Assembly: GCA_964016885.1 (NCBI GenBank)
Contig: OZ024748.1
Span: 25,420,001 to 25,484,000 of the forward strand
DNA: 64,000 nt
Direction of reading: 5' to 3'
From: Eledone cirrhosa
Taxonomy: Eukaryota
The position numbers were made by a program, and so were the translations under genes. Under the pieces are notes generated by a model. The model did no database searches, had not been told where the DNA came from, and was given only the letters and a program-made list of their open reading frames with translations. This document shows positions 44,859-58,830 of this stretch, in pieces; the stretch's first letter is position 1, and every line of letters begins with the position of its first letter.

Positions 44859-44901
44859 ACGATGTACTAGTTTCAAGCTTGTTAGCTATCATCAGCACCG
44901 T
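44859..44901 (-). ncRNA. Minimal type I hammerhead ribozyme
   Basis: Minus strand acggtg-CTGATGA-tagct-aaca-agctt-GAAAC-ta-GTA-catcgt. 6-bp stem I; palindromic ACTAGT stem III. Confidence 0.9.
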
Positions 44902-45137
44902 ATACCCATCTGCCAGATAGTTGAACGTTCGAAAGTATATACTTTCCTTATGAAAATTAACGGCTGAGCAGCCTAATTTGCATATTGAGTGAGTTAAATC
45001 GGTCAGGCATACCGAAAACGATAAGTTGAAATAAAATGAAAACGAAATTTCATTTCTCACTCTTAGTATGGCACTTACTTAAATGTAAGTATGTATGTAT
45101 ACGTACATACATATATGTATACAGACGTACAGTAGCA

Positions 45138-45207
<70 letters not shown>

Positions 45208-45365
45208 CATACATACAGGTACACATACATATATGCACGTATCAGTTTAGCGGACGCTTATTATAACGCCGCTTTGTTCGTTTGTAAACAAACTGAACAG
45301 CCTGAATTTATGCCATACGGTGTTAAGGCAACCACGTCACCTTTTTGTACAACACTGACACAGGA

Positions 45366-45408
45366 ACGATGTACTAGTTTCAAGCTTGTTAGCTATCATC
45401 AGCACCGT
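45366..45408 (-). ncRNA. Minimal type I hammerhead ribozyme, second copy
   Basis: Identical to 44859-44901. Confidence 0.9.
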
Positions 45409-45644
45409 ATACCCATCTGCCAGATAGTTGAACGTTCGAAAGTATATACTTTCCTTATGAAAATTAACGGCTGAGCAGCCTAATTTGCATATTGAGTGAG
45501 TTAAATCGGTCAGGCATACCGAAAACGATAAGTTGAAATAAAATGAAAACGAAATTTCATTTCTCACTCTTAGTATGGCACTTACTTAAATGTAAGTATG
45601 TATGTATACGTACATACATATATGTATACAGACGTACAGTAGCA

Positions 45645-45700
<56 letters not shown>

Positions 45701-47045
45701 CATACAGGTACACATACATATATGCACGTATCAGTTTAGCGGACGCTTATTATAACGCCGCTTTGTTCGTTTGTAAACAAACTGAACAGCCTGAATTTAT
45801 GCCATATATATATATATACATATTGTTGTGGTCGTGTTTTCGTTGGCAATCGTCTGTTTACGACAGTACAGCGCGGCTCTACTTTATTTAACTGAGATAA
45901 AACTTATATGAACATGAACAGTAGATCATTACGCATCTTTTGGCTTAAAAATTTAGAAATTTGGTCCAGCGGGAAAAAGTTTATAATCAAAGTTTGCTGA
46001 TAAATTTTGTGTTCAAGTGAGTGAGTAGTAAGCGTGACGCTAGGGGAGGTAATCCAGAAATGACGTAGCTTTGTCATTAAGCCAGTTGCCTCAACTAGAT
46101 TGCAATTATACTCAAAAGAACTTTAAAATGTCAATCACTTGTCAGTAATTCACTATGATCATTTAATTATTAGATAGTTGTTGCTTGCATTGCCTTAAAA
46201 AATAGTAGACCAGATAGAAAAATGCGTACAGCAAAAAAAAGTAATATTGTTGGAATATAAACCTTTAAAAATACAGGACAAGAAACTAAAATAAAACTTT
46301 AAAAGAATAGGACAAGAAACTAAGATAAAACTTTAAAAGAATAGGACAAGAAAGGAGGTCATTGGTTGAAGGATTTAAAGAAAAGGGAGTTCATTAAAAG
46401 CTAATTCTTTAAAGCTATAATATTAACAAAGGCAGAAAGAATACTGTAAACAAATTCAAATTTGGAATACCAATCCTTGTTTATCACTTAGACTAACAAT
46501 GCCTGTAAGACAGGTATCTACAGGATGGATGGGGTTCAATGGTTTAAAGACAAGGGAAATTCTTTACAAGCTAATTCTTTAAAGCTGAAATAAGAGTAAC
46601 AAAGACAGAAAGGATTCCATCAACAGATTCAAAAGTATTAGAAACCTTGAATCAACTTTAAAAACCTCTATTTCGTGAGTTAATTTTTGTAGTTAATCCA
46701 ACAACGTTTTCCAACTAATTGACACATTCTTATTCAAGTGAAAATTGTATTAAAAATTGTTAAAATATCTTGCATTGTAGAGGTATAATCATTTTATGAC
46801 ACAAACTTTAGAGTAAAGTAAAAATATGAATATCTTCCCTGCGAAATATACACACTCACGGACTTGCAATAATGAGCTCCTATCTTTCACTCTCACTCAA
46901 TATATATATATGGGACAGTGTGTATGTGTGTTCATGCACATCTGTGTATATAGATTTATATATCTGTATACATGCACACAAGCACAGATATATACACACA
47001 TGTTGTTTTCAAATTGTACCAAATAATTCACATTGTGCATGTATA

Positions 47046-49864
47046 TCTGTATATATATAAAATTAAGTATGTGTGTCTGTGTATTACCTATAGGGGCCTA
47101 CATCTTACGACTGATTTTCATGAAACTTTACAGGCTCATAGATTAGTGATCGGGGAGTGTTTTCTATATATCAGTGTATGTTTTTTTTTATTCCAGGGTC
47201 ATTCTGCAGATAAAAATAGATAGGGGCGGTCACCTTTTTTTAGGTATCGAAAAATAAGATTTTGTTCAAATTTTAAAGCAAAATAGAATTTATCATTGCA
47301 CATCCTGTAATGGCTTTATATTTTGCATTTGTTGTTCAGGGACAGTGTGGCAACCGCTTAATATTCAAAAATACCACTTTTAGACTCAAATTTCCACTTT
47401 TTCGGCTCTAGCTCCCACATTAATCAACCTAATTTGTTCAAATTTTTCACTACGCTTTATCACCTCATCCCAGGTCTTCTTGGGTCTCCCCACTCCGCGG
47501 CTTCCATCGATATATATGTATATATATATGCATATATATAATGAAGGAAGTGTGGTAAGGAACCAGATGGACCATAACGCACCAGAGTACTCAATACTAA
47601 TACATTTTATTGTGAATCCTGCAATACCATCTGTTAATCAATGGTATGGGTACTAATTCAATCTGGTTTACTGTATTTAAATCCATTCAGCCATTGAAAT
47701 GTTAGGTTTTATTATCATCATCATCATTTTTATGTCTGCTTTCCTGGCATGGGTTGAATGGGTTACCATAGTCTGAGACAAAATGAGTCGGAGCTGCTCA
47801 ATTTGCTGAGCCGAAGCTGAAGCATATAGACAATATGGACGTAAAACAATGTTGATGATGATGATGATTTGGCAAGGTTTCTCTAGCTGGATATCTTTTC
47901 TAATGCCAACCACCTTAGAGAGTGTACTGGGTATATTTTATAATGCTACTAACACTTTACAGTGTGTAGTGGGTGCATTTGTTCATGGCACCAACACTAA
48001 CACTTTACAGGTTGTACTGGGTGCAAAATAAAAAATAAAATATTTAAATACAAAATAATTCAAAAATAAATCTAGAAAGAAATAAACAAGATTACTTTTA
48101 TTTATTGAATTGGTTTATTCCCTTTATTTTACAAAACTAAAAACATTTTGTAAACCAATACATAACCTCAGCAATCTCTGCAATTGATCACTTTTTTTTG
48201 TTTTTCTTTTTATTTCCAGCACTAAGAGAAGCCGGATCAATTCCTTGTTTCAGAGCAAGTTGGCGCTTTAAATCTAGAAGTTTAGCAACTTCACCATCAA
48301 TAACACTTTTCTCAGCTTTACTTGTTTTCAGTTCCCTCACTTTCTGACCCTAAAAATGAAAATTTAAAACATTAAAAGACATTTCAATTTTCTTTATTTT
48401 TTTTTTACTAATTCACATAAAAATCTGTATCGTCATCATTTTTATGTCCACTTTTAAATAAAGGCATGATTTCTATAAAGGCATGAAAAATCCCAGCCAA
48501 AATACAGTTCCATTTAAGCAAGACACAGCATGGCCAACTAGCCAGACTTGTATCATAATGTGGACAACCCATCTAACCCATACAAGCATGGAAAAATGGA
48601 CGTTAAACGATGATTATGATAATGTGTGTGTGTATGTATGTAACAATATCTGAAAGTGTGAACAAGGAAAAAGGAAAAGTGCTCAGTCGGGAAGAGAGCA
48701 CTGCACGCAGGGAAAAAGCAGACGTAAAAAAAAAAAAAAAAAAAAATTTATGTTCATACAGGAAGAAAAGTGCTACCTAAGGTTTCAAGGCCCAATACTG
48801 ACCACATCTCCAGAATGTAAGAGGGATCAAAATTGTTACCTATCTTCAGGTGCTTATACAATTTTATAAGATACTGTTAAAAGTAATGCCCTTCTAGATA
48901 GAGTTTTTAAGGACAAAATTAAATACACACCCAATCATTCCCAACCCAATCATACTAAAAATACTAACAGAAAAAGAAGAATTATCTGGTTCATACCTGA
49001 CTTTTCCCTTAATGTAAAGATTAATGTAGGTAAGGAGTTTTTAGATTTAATAAACTGCATATAAAATCGATAGGGGCGGTCACCTTTTTTTAGGTATCGA
49101 AAAATAAGATTTTGTTCAAATATTAAAGCAAAATAGAATTTATCATTGCACATCCTGTAATGGCTTTATATTTTGCATTTGTTGTTCAGGGACAGTGTGG
49201 CAACCGCTTAATATTCAAAAATACCACTTTTAGACTCAAATTTCCACTTTTGCGGCTCTAGCTCCCACATTAATCAACCTAATTTGTTCAAATTTTTCAC
49301 TACGCTAGATCTGATTTATTTCATGTCTTAAAGTGTCTTTACAATTTGAATTTTTTGCTCAGGAACGGCGTGGCAGCCACTTAAATATTCAAAAATACCA
49401 CATTTTCGCTCAAATTTCCGCCTTTTCGGTTCTAGCTTCCACATTTTTCAACCGATTTCATTCAAATTCGAAACTTTGGCTCCACCCCACATATAAATCA
49501 ATTTATTTGGTTCAACTTTTATACTACGATAGAACCTATCATTGCACATCTTATAGATGGTCAATGGCAAAACGATGGCCAATGACGTCATCAGAGCTTT
49601 TAGTTGTGTATTTGAGAATTTATCGGTTTCCAATCAAGTAGCGTGAGATTTGGCTTAGTGTTAGAGGTCATTACCTCCCTCCCCTAGCCTGCCCCTTTGT
49701 CAGTCACCCGCATTTCTCAGTGATAGAGGTCATCACCACCCTCCCCCGCATGGCCTGTGTGTGGCCATAGATGAGTCATCGAGAAGCAGTCACTAAGATC
49801 AACACCTTTTCATCAAAGCAGATATTATTTTACCTACCCAGGCAATGCTGGGTACTGCTGCTAG
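47046..49864 (+). mobile_element. Rearranged non-autonomous Helitron copy enclosing a host exon
   Basis: 5' A|TC end at 47046. Helitron sequence runs to 47456 and resumes at ~49055. It ends in hairpin tacccag..ctgggta plus CTAG|T at 49864. Confidence 0.7.
48188..48349 (-). CDS. MARS1: WHEP-TRS domain terminal exon, methionyl-tRNA synthetase-like (distal copy, intact)
   Basis: Acceptor ttttcatttttag|GGT. GQKVRELKTSKAEKSVIDGEVAKLLDLKRQLALKQG...KKKNKKK* resembles the recalled metazoan MetRS C-terminus (VRELKAQKADK..EVAKLLDLKKQL..KKKK). AATAAA motifs lie downstream. Confidence 0.7.
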   Translation of the reverse strand, partial: GQKVRELKTSKAEKSVIDGEVAKLLDLKRQLALKQGIDPASLSAGNKKKNKKK

Positions 49865-50975
49865 TATATATATATAATTGACAATGTGTATGTATATATA
49901 TCATCATCATCGTTTTACGTCCGTTCTTCCACGCTAGCATGGGTTAGACGGGTTGTCCTGTTGTGAGCAGTGTCAAGTCGGTTGACCTTGTCTTTTGTTC
50001 ATACAGGAACTGATTCTGGCTTGATTTCTACAGCTGGATGCCCTTCTTAACACCAACCTCATTTACAGTGAGTGCTGGGTGCTTTTTTCTGTGGCGCCTA
50101 CATGTCCACTTTACAGTGTGGTCTGGGTGCTTTTTGCTGAGGCACCTCCACGACCACTTTGCAGTGGGAGGGTGTTAAGGCATATTGTCTATAAGCTTCA
50201 GCTTCGGCTTGTTCCTGTGGGGGGTTGGGTCTTGTGTTACTGCGTGACGCCAGAGGTCACGGTCGCGTGTCATTGCTCTTGAGAGGTGCAATTGGGTAAG
50301 GTCGGCCTTTATCACCTCATCCCAGGTCTTCTTGGGTCTCCCCACTCCGCGGCTTCCATCGATATATATGTATATATATATGCATATATATAATGAAGGA
50401 AGTGTGGTAAGGAACCAGATGGACCATAACGCACCAGAGTACTCAATACTAATACATTTTATTGTGAATCCTGCACTACCATCTGTTAATCAATGGTATG
50501 GGTACTAATTCAATCTGGTTTACTGTATTTAAATCCATTCAGCCATTGAAATGTTAGGTTTTATTATCATCATCATCATTTTTATGTCTGCTTTCCTGGC
50601 ATGGGTTGAATGGGTTACCATAGTCTGAGACAAAATGAGTCGGAGCTGCTCAATTTGCTGAGCCGAAGCTGAAGAATATAGACAATATGGACGTAAAACA
50701 ATGTTGATGATGATGATGATTTGGCAAGGTTTCTCCAGCTGGATATCTTTTCTAATGCCAACCACCTTAGAGAGTGTACTGGGTACATTTTATAATGCTA
50801 CTAACACTTTACAGTGTGTAGTGGGTGCATTTGTTCATGGCACCAACACTAACACTTTACAGGTTGTACTGGGTGCAAAATAAAAAATAAAATATTTAAA
50901 TACAAAATAATTCAAAAGTAAATCTAGAAAGAAATAAACAAGATTACTTTTATTTATTGAATTGGTTTATTCCCT

Positions 50976-51200
50976 TTATTTTACAAAACTAAAAACATTT
51001 TGTAAACCAATACATAACCTCAGCAATCTCTGCAATTGATCACTTTTTTTGTTTTTCTTTTTATTTCCAGCACTAAGAGAAGCCGGATCAATTCCTTGTT
51101 TCAGAGCAAGTTGGCGCTTTAAATCTAGAAGTTTAGCAACTTCACCATCAATAACACTTTTCTCAGCTTTACTTGTTTTCAGTTCCCTCACTTTCTGACC
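50976..51200 (-). pseudogene. MARS1: WHEP terminal exon, middle copy, with a 1-nt deletion in the poly-A run that extends the C-terminus
   Basis: Seven A instead of eight before the stop gives ...KKSDQLQRLLRLCIGLQNVFSFVK*. Confidence 0.65.
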
Positions 51201-52133
51201 CTAAAAATGAAAATTTAAAACATTAAAAGACATTTCAATTTTCTTTAATTTTTTTTTACTAATTCACATAAAAATCTGTATCGTCATCATTTTTATGTCC
51301 ACTTTTAAATAAAGGCATGATTTCTATAAAGGCATGAAAAATCCCAGCCAAAATACAGTTCCATTTAAGCAAGACACAGCATGGCCAACTAGCCAGACTT
51401 GTATCATAATGTGGACAACCCATCTAACCCATACAAGCATGGAAAAATGGACGTTAAACGATGATTATGATAATGTGTGTGTGTATGTATGTAACAATAT
51501 CTGAAAGTGTGAACAAGGAAAAGGAAAACAGTGCTAGATTTACTCTCAGTCCTCTTGATTCCAGCTGCTGTTTCCATAGCCAGAATTTGAGGAATATAAG
51601 GAAAAGAAATCGAAAATGCAACTGGAGTCTTTTTAAGAATATTTATTTGTTTCCTTTACCGCTTTCACAGTTCTTAAAAGTAGAATTGAGATGGAGGTTT
51701 TGTGGTTTTGCTCGCATCTGGTTGGTGTTCGAAAGTTATTTCTGTTTTATGTGGAAAGAGTGACTCGAATTGCTGGGTTTTTTTAAAAATAAATTTGGTT
51801 GGTTGATGACTCTTACGTGAATATGTACAATAAATTTCGTGCCAGTTCGCGTTCCAAAGTTCTTATTGTATTTGCCTTTGAAAATGTGGCTCAAATTGTT
51901 GTTGTTTTTTATAAGTGTAATTTGCTTGGCTGATGACTGTCACGTGTATAAGTACATCAAAAGTCGCGTTAATCCTCTGTAATTTTATGTGCTCAAGGAA
52001 TAAATTACCGGGCACTCAATAATACAGAATATAGAGAAGAAAACAAGGGGTAGAGAATCACGTTCTCTACCCCTTGTAATTGAAAACATACCCCTTTTTG
52101 TGTTTTCTTCTCTATATACTGTAGTACACCTCC

Positions 52134-52175
<42 letters not shown>

Positions 52176-52188
52176 TACACATATATAC

Positions 52189-52290
<102 letters not shown>

Positions 52291-53082
52291 GAATAATCGA
52301 GAATCGGAATATCAGCCCACGAAATCACGATAAACAATATCCGATATGTGTGGCAGAGGGCTCAATAATTTTGAAAAATCAGAGCTATAACTATCGTTAA
52401 AATACCAACACATAGAGATCATGCCTAAAATCACCCATGCAGCCGAAAAAGAACGACCAGTAAGATTCGGGTCACTCAAATAAAATATCAATAATTTAAT
52501 AAATTAAATGAATGTAAAAAACTCACCCGGACCCGCTAGAACGGTGTTAAATCTAGCTTCTTGGGTTTCTGCAATTCCTTAATCCAATCACTATCAGCCC
52601 ACATAAAAGATATATAAGACTTCTAGAGAAGAGAGGAGCGAGAAAAGGCTTCTTCAACGAGTATTTCGTTCCATAATATATATATATATATACATATTGT
52701 TGTGGTCGTGTTTTCGTTGGCAATCGTCTGTTTACGACAGTACAGCGCGGCTCTACTTTATTTAACTGAGATAAAACTTATATGAGCATGAACAGTAGAT
52801 CATTACGCATCTTTTGGCTTAAAAATCTAGAAATTTGGTCCAGCGGGAAAAAGTTTATAATCAAAGTTTGCTGATAAATCTTGTGTTCAAGTGAGTGAGT
52901 AGTAAGCGTGACGCTAGGGGAGGTAATCCAGAAATGACGTAGCTTTGTCATTAAGCCAGTTGCCTCAACTAGATTGCAATTATACTCAAAAGAACTTTAA
53001 AATGTCAATCACTTGTCAGTAATTCACTATGATCATTTAATTATTAGATAGTTGTTGCTTGCATTGCCTTAAAAAATAGTAG

Positions 53083-54179
53083 ACCAGATAGAAAAATGCG
53101 TACAGCAAAAAAAAGTAATATTGTTGGAATATAAACCTTTAAAAATACAGGACAAGAAACTAAAATAAAACTTTAAAAGAATAGGACAAGAAACTAAGAT
53201 AAAACTTTAAAAGAATAGGACAAGAAACTAAGATAAAACTTTAAAGAATTGGACAAGAAATAAAAAATTTTACAATAATATTAGTGGCAAAATTTTTTTA
53301 TTCGTTTCCTGTGCTATGCCCCAGTATCTTCTTGATTAGTGCATAATAATTGTCATGCTCTCATTGTGCGTTGCCCCTGAGCGGTTGGTTCTGGTTGGCT
53401 GAGCATTTCTACTCCGTCAGAATGACCATTGCAAGAAGAATAGGCCGATGCAGCTGCAGGTCTCCTCCAAGAATGCACTTCTGGTCCCGCAACACCAGAC
53501 GAAGATGGAGAAGACGACCGGGACAAGATGTCGACTCTGACCACCGACTACGGCACCTCCCTCAACCACAGGTCCTCCCTCCCTCTGTCCCGTCATCCCT
53601 CCAGTCCTCCTGTTCCACCTTCCTGTACCAGAAAGCTGTGGCACGCATTCATCTGGACTGCCGGACTTGAACTCAAGGACAAGATGCAAGGAGAAGATGG
53701 ACGGGTTGGTCAAGATCAAGGATGAGCGGGACGACAAGACCGTCCGCTGCTGCTCAAGATCTGTGCTCATGGGCCCATGGGTCCATTCACATTATGCATG
53801 ACACATGAGGCGTGTCGCCGAATGATGAAATAGGGGTATGGTTATGGCCCATTTGGTGTTCAAACCAAGATCAAATGATGCCTCCGGTCTGACGACGACC
53901 TCTGAATGTGGAACTCGATTTTTTACCAATAAAAATTTTGCCACTAATATTATTGTAAAATTTTTTATTTCTTGTCCAATTCTTTAAAGTTTTATCTTAG
54001 TTTCTTGTCCTATTCTTTTAAAGTTTTATCTTAGTTTCTTGTCCTATTCTTTTAAAGTGTTATCTTAGTTTCTTGTCCTATTCTTTTAAAGTTTTATTTT
54101 AGTTTCTTGTCCTGTATTTTTAAAGGTTTATATTCCAACAATATTACGTTTTTTTGCTGTACGCATTTTTCTATCTGGT
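53083..54179. mobile_element. Foldback-like element with ~220-250-bp TIRs containing 31-bp internal repeats
   Basis: accagatagaaaaatgcg..(ggacaagaaactaagataaaactttaaaagaata)n..gtggcaaaatttt is mirrored at 53930-54179. The core is ~630 bp and GC-richer. Confidence 0.8.
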
Positions 54180-54184
54180 ATATA

Positions 54185-54234
<50 letters not shown>

Positions 54235-54881
54235 AAAGTTGAGACAGTGAACAGAAAACAAAAAAACAACGCGGAAGCGAAGAAGCAGTACAAATGTTAA
54301 TATTAGTTTCACGCTTGAGAGTGGAGGGTGGAGGACGACGTTTCAGGCATAAGCCCTTCATCAGGAGAAAAGTGGGCAGAAAGAGAGTTCCGAGGGTGTG
54401 CGGGGGAGTGAGGGAGTGGAGGAAAGTCATTAAAAGGGGGGGGGGGGTAGAGAGTAAAAAAAAATAAAAGTAAAAAGAAACAAGTGGTGAAAGGATGTGA
54501 GGCGTGGAGGGGTGGAGAGGGGAGAGGGAGACGGGGGTCCGAGCGGGAAGGGCTGAAGGTGGAGTGTGTGTATGTGTGTAGATGTACGTGTGTGTGTGGA
54601 TGTGGATGTGAGAGTTGGGGGAAGAACGAGGTTCCATGTTCGGGTCATAGGGAAACCGGTGTGTACATGGGGTGGAGTGTAGGTCGGTGTGTGTGTGCGT
54701 GTGGATGGAACGGGGTCAGAGAGGGTGACGGAGAGGGGGCGCGTGGAGTCCGGAGGCTAAGTGTGTGTATGTGAGGAACGCACGCGTGTGTGTGTGTTTA
54801 TATGTGGTGTGGATGTATGTTTGCGTGGTGCGAAAATAGTGTAAGTGTTTGTGTGTGTGTGTGTTCCTGTACATATATATA

Positions 54882-57800
54882 CAGTGGTGGACTGGGACTA
54901 AAAATATTGGTTGCCAGGAGATAAAGGGGGCCCACCCACATATAGAATGCTATCATTTACTTTTTATAACGAATAAACAACATTTTTAAAAAATACATAA
55001 CTGGAAACAAAAAAGTGCAATAAAATTTCTCCAGAAACAAATGTATACTTTTTTTTTTACCAATTATAGTGTATATATATATATATACTATACATATTAC
55101 TGGCAGTATAGAGTAATACCAAATGTAAATACAGAATATTATAATTGAATTTTTAAATAATTCTGAATGTATAGTATACTGTTATTTTGAAAAGATTTAA
55201 CCAAACTGAAAATAGATTCCTATAAATCTATAAATCAGTTTCAACATTTTTAATGAAGACTTTTTTACTGTCAAAGAGATAACTATTTTCTTATAACACA
55301 CCATTGCAGTCAATACCATATCTTCATACATATACATCATTTGTTTGTTTGCTCTTTACAAAGGAGATTTCTTTCATGGTTTTGCTTTCTTCTACTTTTA
55401 ATATTTTACATCCTTCTATTATTCGGATTCCCCTGCTCTTACCATTAGTTTTTATAAGACCTTATAAATTTTGCAAAATAACAGTATATTATACATGTAC
55501 CAATTTTAAAAATTTTTAAATAATTGGAGCATATTTTAAAATAGTTTACTTGTACTGCACACTTTACACATTAACAGTGTATTACATGCAGTCCATTATA
55601 TTAAGAGCAATTGTTTGAGTTCACTGGATGATTGTGCAAATCTATCAATAATTGCTTCTGCATCCAATTCATCTAACAATTCCTTTTCAATGGATTCCAA
55701 GTTCTCCTCAGACAGCGAATTTCTTAACCTTGTCTTTAGCTTTGAAAATGTCCTCTCACATTGGACTTGGGTAACTGATAGTGTGCAGATAACTTTATAA
55801 AATCCATAAAGATTATCATATGCCTTGTCATGAAGGCTGTTGGATGTCAGAATTTTTAGAACACACGATGGGAAAGTGGTGCAAATTTTACAGTTGTTGC
55901 AACTGGAACCCATATTCTCACCATCATTAAGCAATAGCTTTAATACATCAAAGTTTGAAGCAAAAGAACACAATTCTAATTTTACTTGATCTTTGCTGAT
56001 TTGTGGAAACAACTTAATAATACCATCTAATGCTGCAACTTCAAGGCCCTTCTCTGCAATAGTTTTAAACTTTGCTGGGTCCAAGCAAGATAAATCTTTA
56101 TACAACTGTTTATGTTGTACAAAGTGTGATTCTAGTGACTAGAAAATGCGATCCATTATTAGGTTAAACACATTTACTCGAAAATCAGCTGGAGAATCTG
56201 AGTAATTTCCTTCATCATTAACAAACTCATCTGCCATTCTTTTTTTCTTCCCTCTATCTTTTAACTGGCAATGATGTTTCCAAAATATCAATTTCCAATA
56301 TTTGATTTTCATCCATATTCATCTGTGAAATCTTGTCATTACATTTATTTACAAATTTTAAAGCCTTGCTGTGAACGTTATCAAATATTCTTGTCTATGA
56401 CTTCAACTTTGTTGTAGCTGAATCTACCAAACTCCATGTAGTAAACATATCTAAACCACTTGTTTGTAGATAACTTGATAATGGGGCTGTGGTTTCAAAT
56501 ATAGACAAGTAAATGCTGTCAATGTGGTTTCAAACTTTAGAAAATGTTGAAGTAAAATATTTGCTTCATATTTTGTTTTTGCATCAAACTTATCTGAATC
56601 TTGTATCATTGATAAGCATGTCAATAGACTTACAAAAGTACTAACAGTGGCATCATCAAAACGTCCAAATATAGTTGTTGCTGCATTGGATTTTCCTGAC
56701 CATCTGGTCTCACCAATTAGCTTTAATTGTTTAATTTTTTCTTGTCCTAGATGTTTGCCAACAACTTCTATCCATACAACCATTCTCTTGTATGACGCCT
56801 TTACAAAAGTTGCTTATTTCTGGAGCAAATTGACAAAAGAAACTGCAGCTACATAACATTTTGTTGTTTCAGTTATCACCAAATTCAAGACATGGGCATA
56901 GTACCATATATGAACATGTTGATCTGCCACATCAGCGATTTTACTTTGTAAACCATTATACTGCCCCTGGTAACTTGCAGCACCATCTGTGCTATCAGAT
57001 AAACATTTGGGGGGTCAATTTTAAAATGCATTACAGTCAATAAATCAAAAAGTCACTGCCCTGTACAGTCATTACTTGGCATAACTGAAAGTAGTTGTTC
57101 ACAGATAACACCTTTAAGCACTTACCAAATAACAATGCTAAACTGATTGATAAATGAATTATCTTATGTTGAATCAACCTGAATAGGATAATATATTGCC
57201 TTTACTTTCAGCCTTTCCTTATTGTTCTAATCGTTTGATTCTTTGTCCAGACTTGTTTTACACTGCAGAAACATTGAACTGCGATAGCCGTGTCATATTT
57301 TGCCATCAACAGCACTGCAGCTAAAAAATTGCCATGATTCAGAACCTCATTATCCAGAGTGTAGGCTGATTCATTTCTGTGACCTCGAAAAAGAAATGCT
57401 TGCTTGATTAACATCTTTATGATGTCTATAATCCTCGTGACAATACTTCTCTGCTTCAATACTTCTTCTTTCCTTTTAATTAGTGATGCTGCAAAAAGAT
57501 TATCTAAGGTGCCATCATTAACCACACTGATATATTGCTAAGCATTTTTGATGTGTTGTTGTAGATTCATGTAAAGCCAAGCTCTGCCTAACATGCCTGT
57601 AATCATTAAAGCCACATACAAAGAGTGATAAATTACAAGTGTTGGGAGACTCAAAGGCTAAGCAGTATAAACAATATAAGCATCTATTTTCTTTGTTATA
57701 TGTAAGCCATTTTCTTGGGACTGAGTCATTCATAATTTTCCTCTCATACAAACGAGCATCAAATGCTAGGCCATCAAGTGGCTGATATGGATGTTCAGCA

Positions 57801-58300
57801 AAAAACTGTTTCAGATTTGATCGTGATGGACATTGGAAGATTCCAGTAGCTGATCTTTCATTTTCTTGTAAAAGTTTATTTACAGAATGTGCTTCAGAAA
57901 CCAAGTCATTTATGTCTGAAGTAATATCCAATCCCCTGTCACTAGTTAAAGCTATGTACTCAGATGTTGCAACTACAGGCTGTACAGATACCGGAACAAT
58001 GAAGCCAGAAATAGTACTGGGCCTGGGTTGATTAGAAAAGATGCACTTGTATTTTTCTCTACATCCAAAGTAACTCTTTCCTGTTCTTGTAACTCACATG
58101 TCACTGCATCATCACCATGGGTCTTGTTTCTTGCTTCTCGATTATTTGTTGCAGAACTGGACATTGATGTGGATGGTGGTTGCGGTATTATAAAATCTGT
58201 AATAGACCTGCACCGCTTGGCTGACTCCTGCCTTTCTGCTTCATGACGCTCTTTACATTTCAGTGATCCAGATTTATACTTTTTATTTTCCTGATATTCA
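54882..58300 (-). mobile_element. Defective hAT transposon (TTF zinc finger/DUF4371, ZMYM1-like transposase)
   Basis: Motifs RKWLTY..LYCLYC, FRGH..NHGNFL, ETRW and CERTFSKLK. Terminus cagtggtggactggg at 54882; the other end was not located. Multiple stops. Confidence 0.85.
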
Positions 58301-58654
58301 AGGTTAAAACTTAATTAAAAATACCCACATTGGGAAAAATGGTTCTACACAATTTTTCAATATGTAATTACTAATACATTACTAGGATTAATAGGATAAA
58401 TATACTACTAATATATATTTTCAAAATATTTTAGTTACTGTTTAACCATGCTGGTTGAATGGTATATAAATTAAACCAGACAAATAGTAATATTCATCCT
58501 CACAACCTTATAATATCATTTGTTATGCAAGTGATATCAAAAACAAAATTTGGAACACTACCTCCTTCAACTTTTTTCTTCAAGAAATGGCTTGACTATG
58601 AGCAATAATTCTTAAAACAAAATATTCAAACTCTTTTGTGACTGCATTATTTGG

Positions 58655-58830
58655 CAGTATCGGTAGAGAGTCGGACACCATGCTTTGAAGCATAGAGTTA
58701 GGTCCCTTTATGATCTGAGTTCAAATCCCGCCGAGGTTAACTTTGCCTTTCATCCTTACGGGGTCGATAAAATAAAGTACCAGTAATACACTGGGTAATT
58801 GCTGGCCTTGTGCCAAAAGTAGAAACAATT
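58655..58830 (+). mobile_element. tRNA-derived SINE
   Basis: A-box-like tggcagtatcgg, B-box-like gagttcaaatccc, and the same body as 41860-41999. Confidence 0.75.

Larger units (their letters stand above)
44356..45805 (-). mobile_element. Tandem ~507-bp retrozyme-like repeat (2 full units plus a partial) with minimal hammerheads
   Basis: Units start at 44356, 45023 and 45530. HHRs are 507 nt apart. The array is embedded in (TA)n. Confidence 0.85.
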
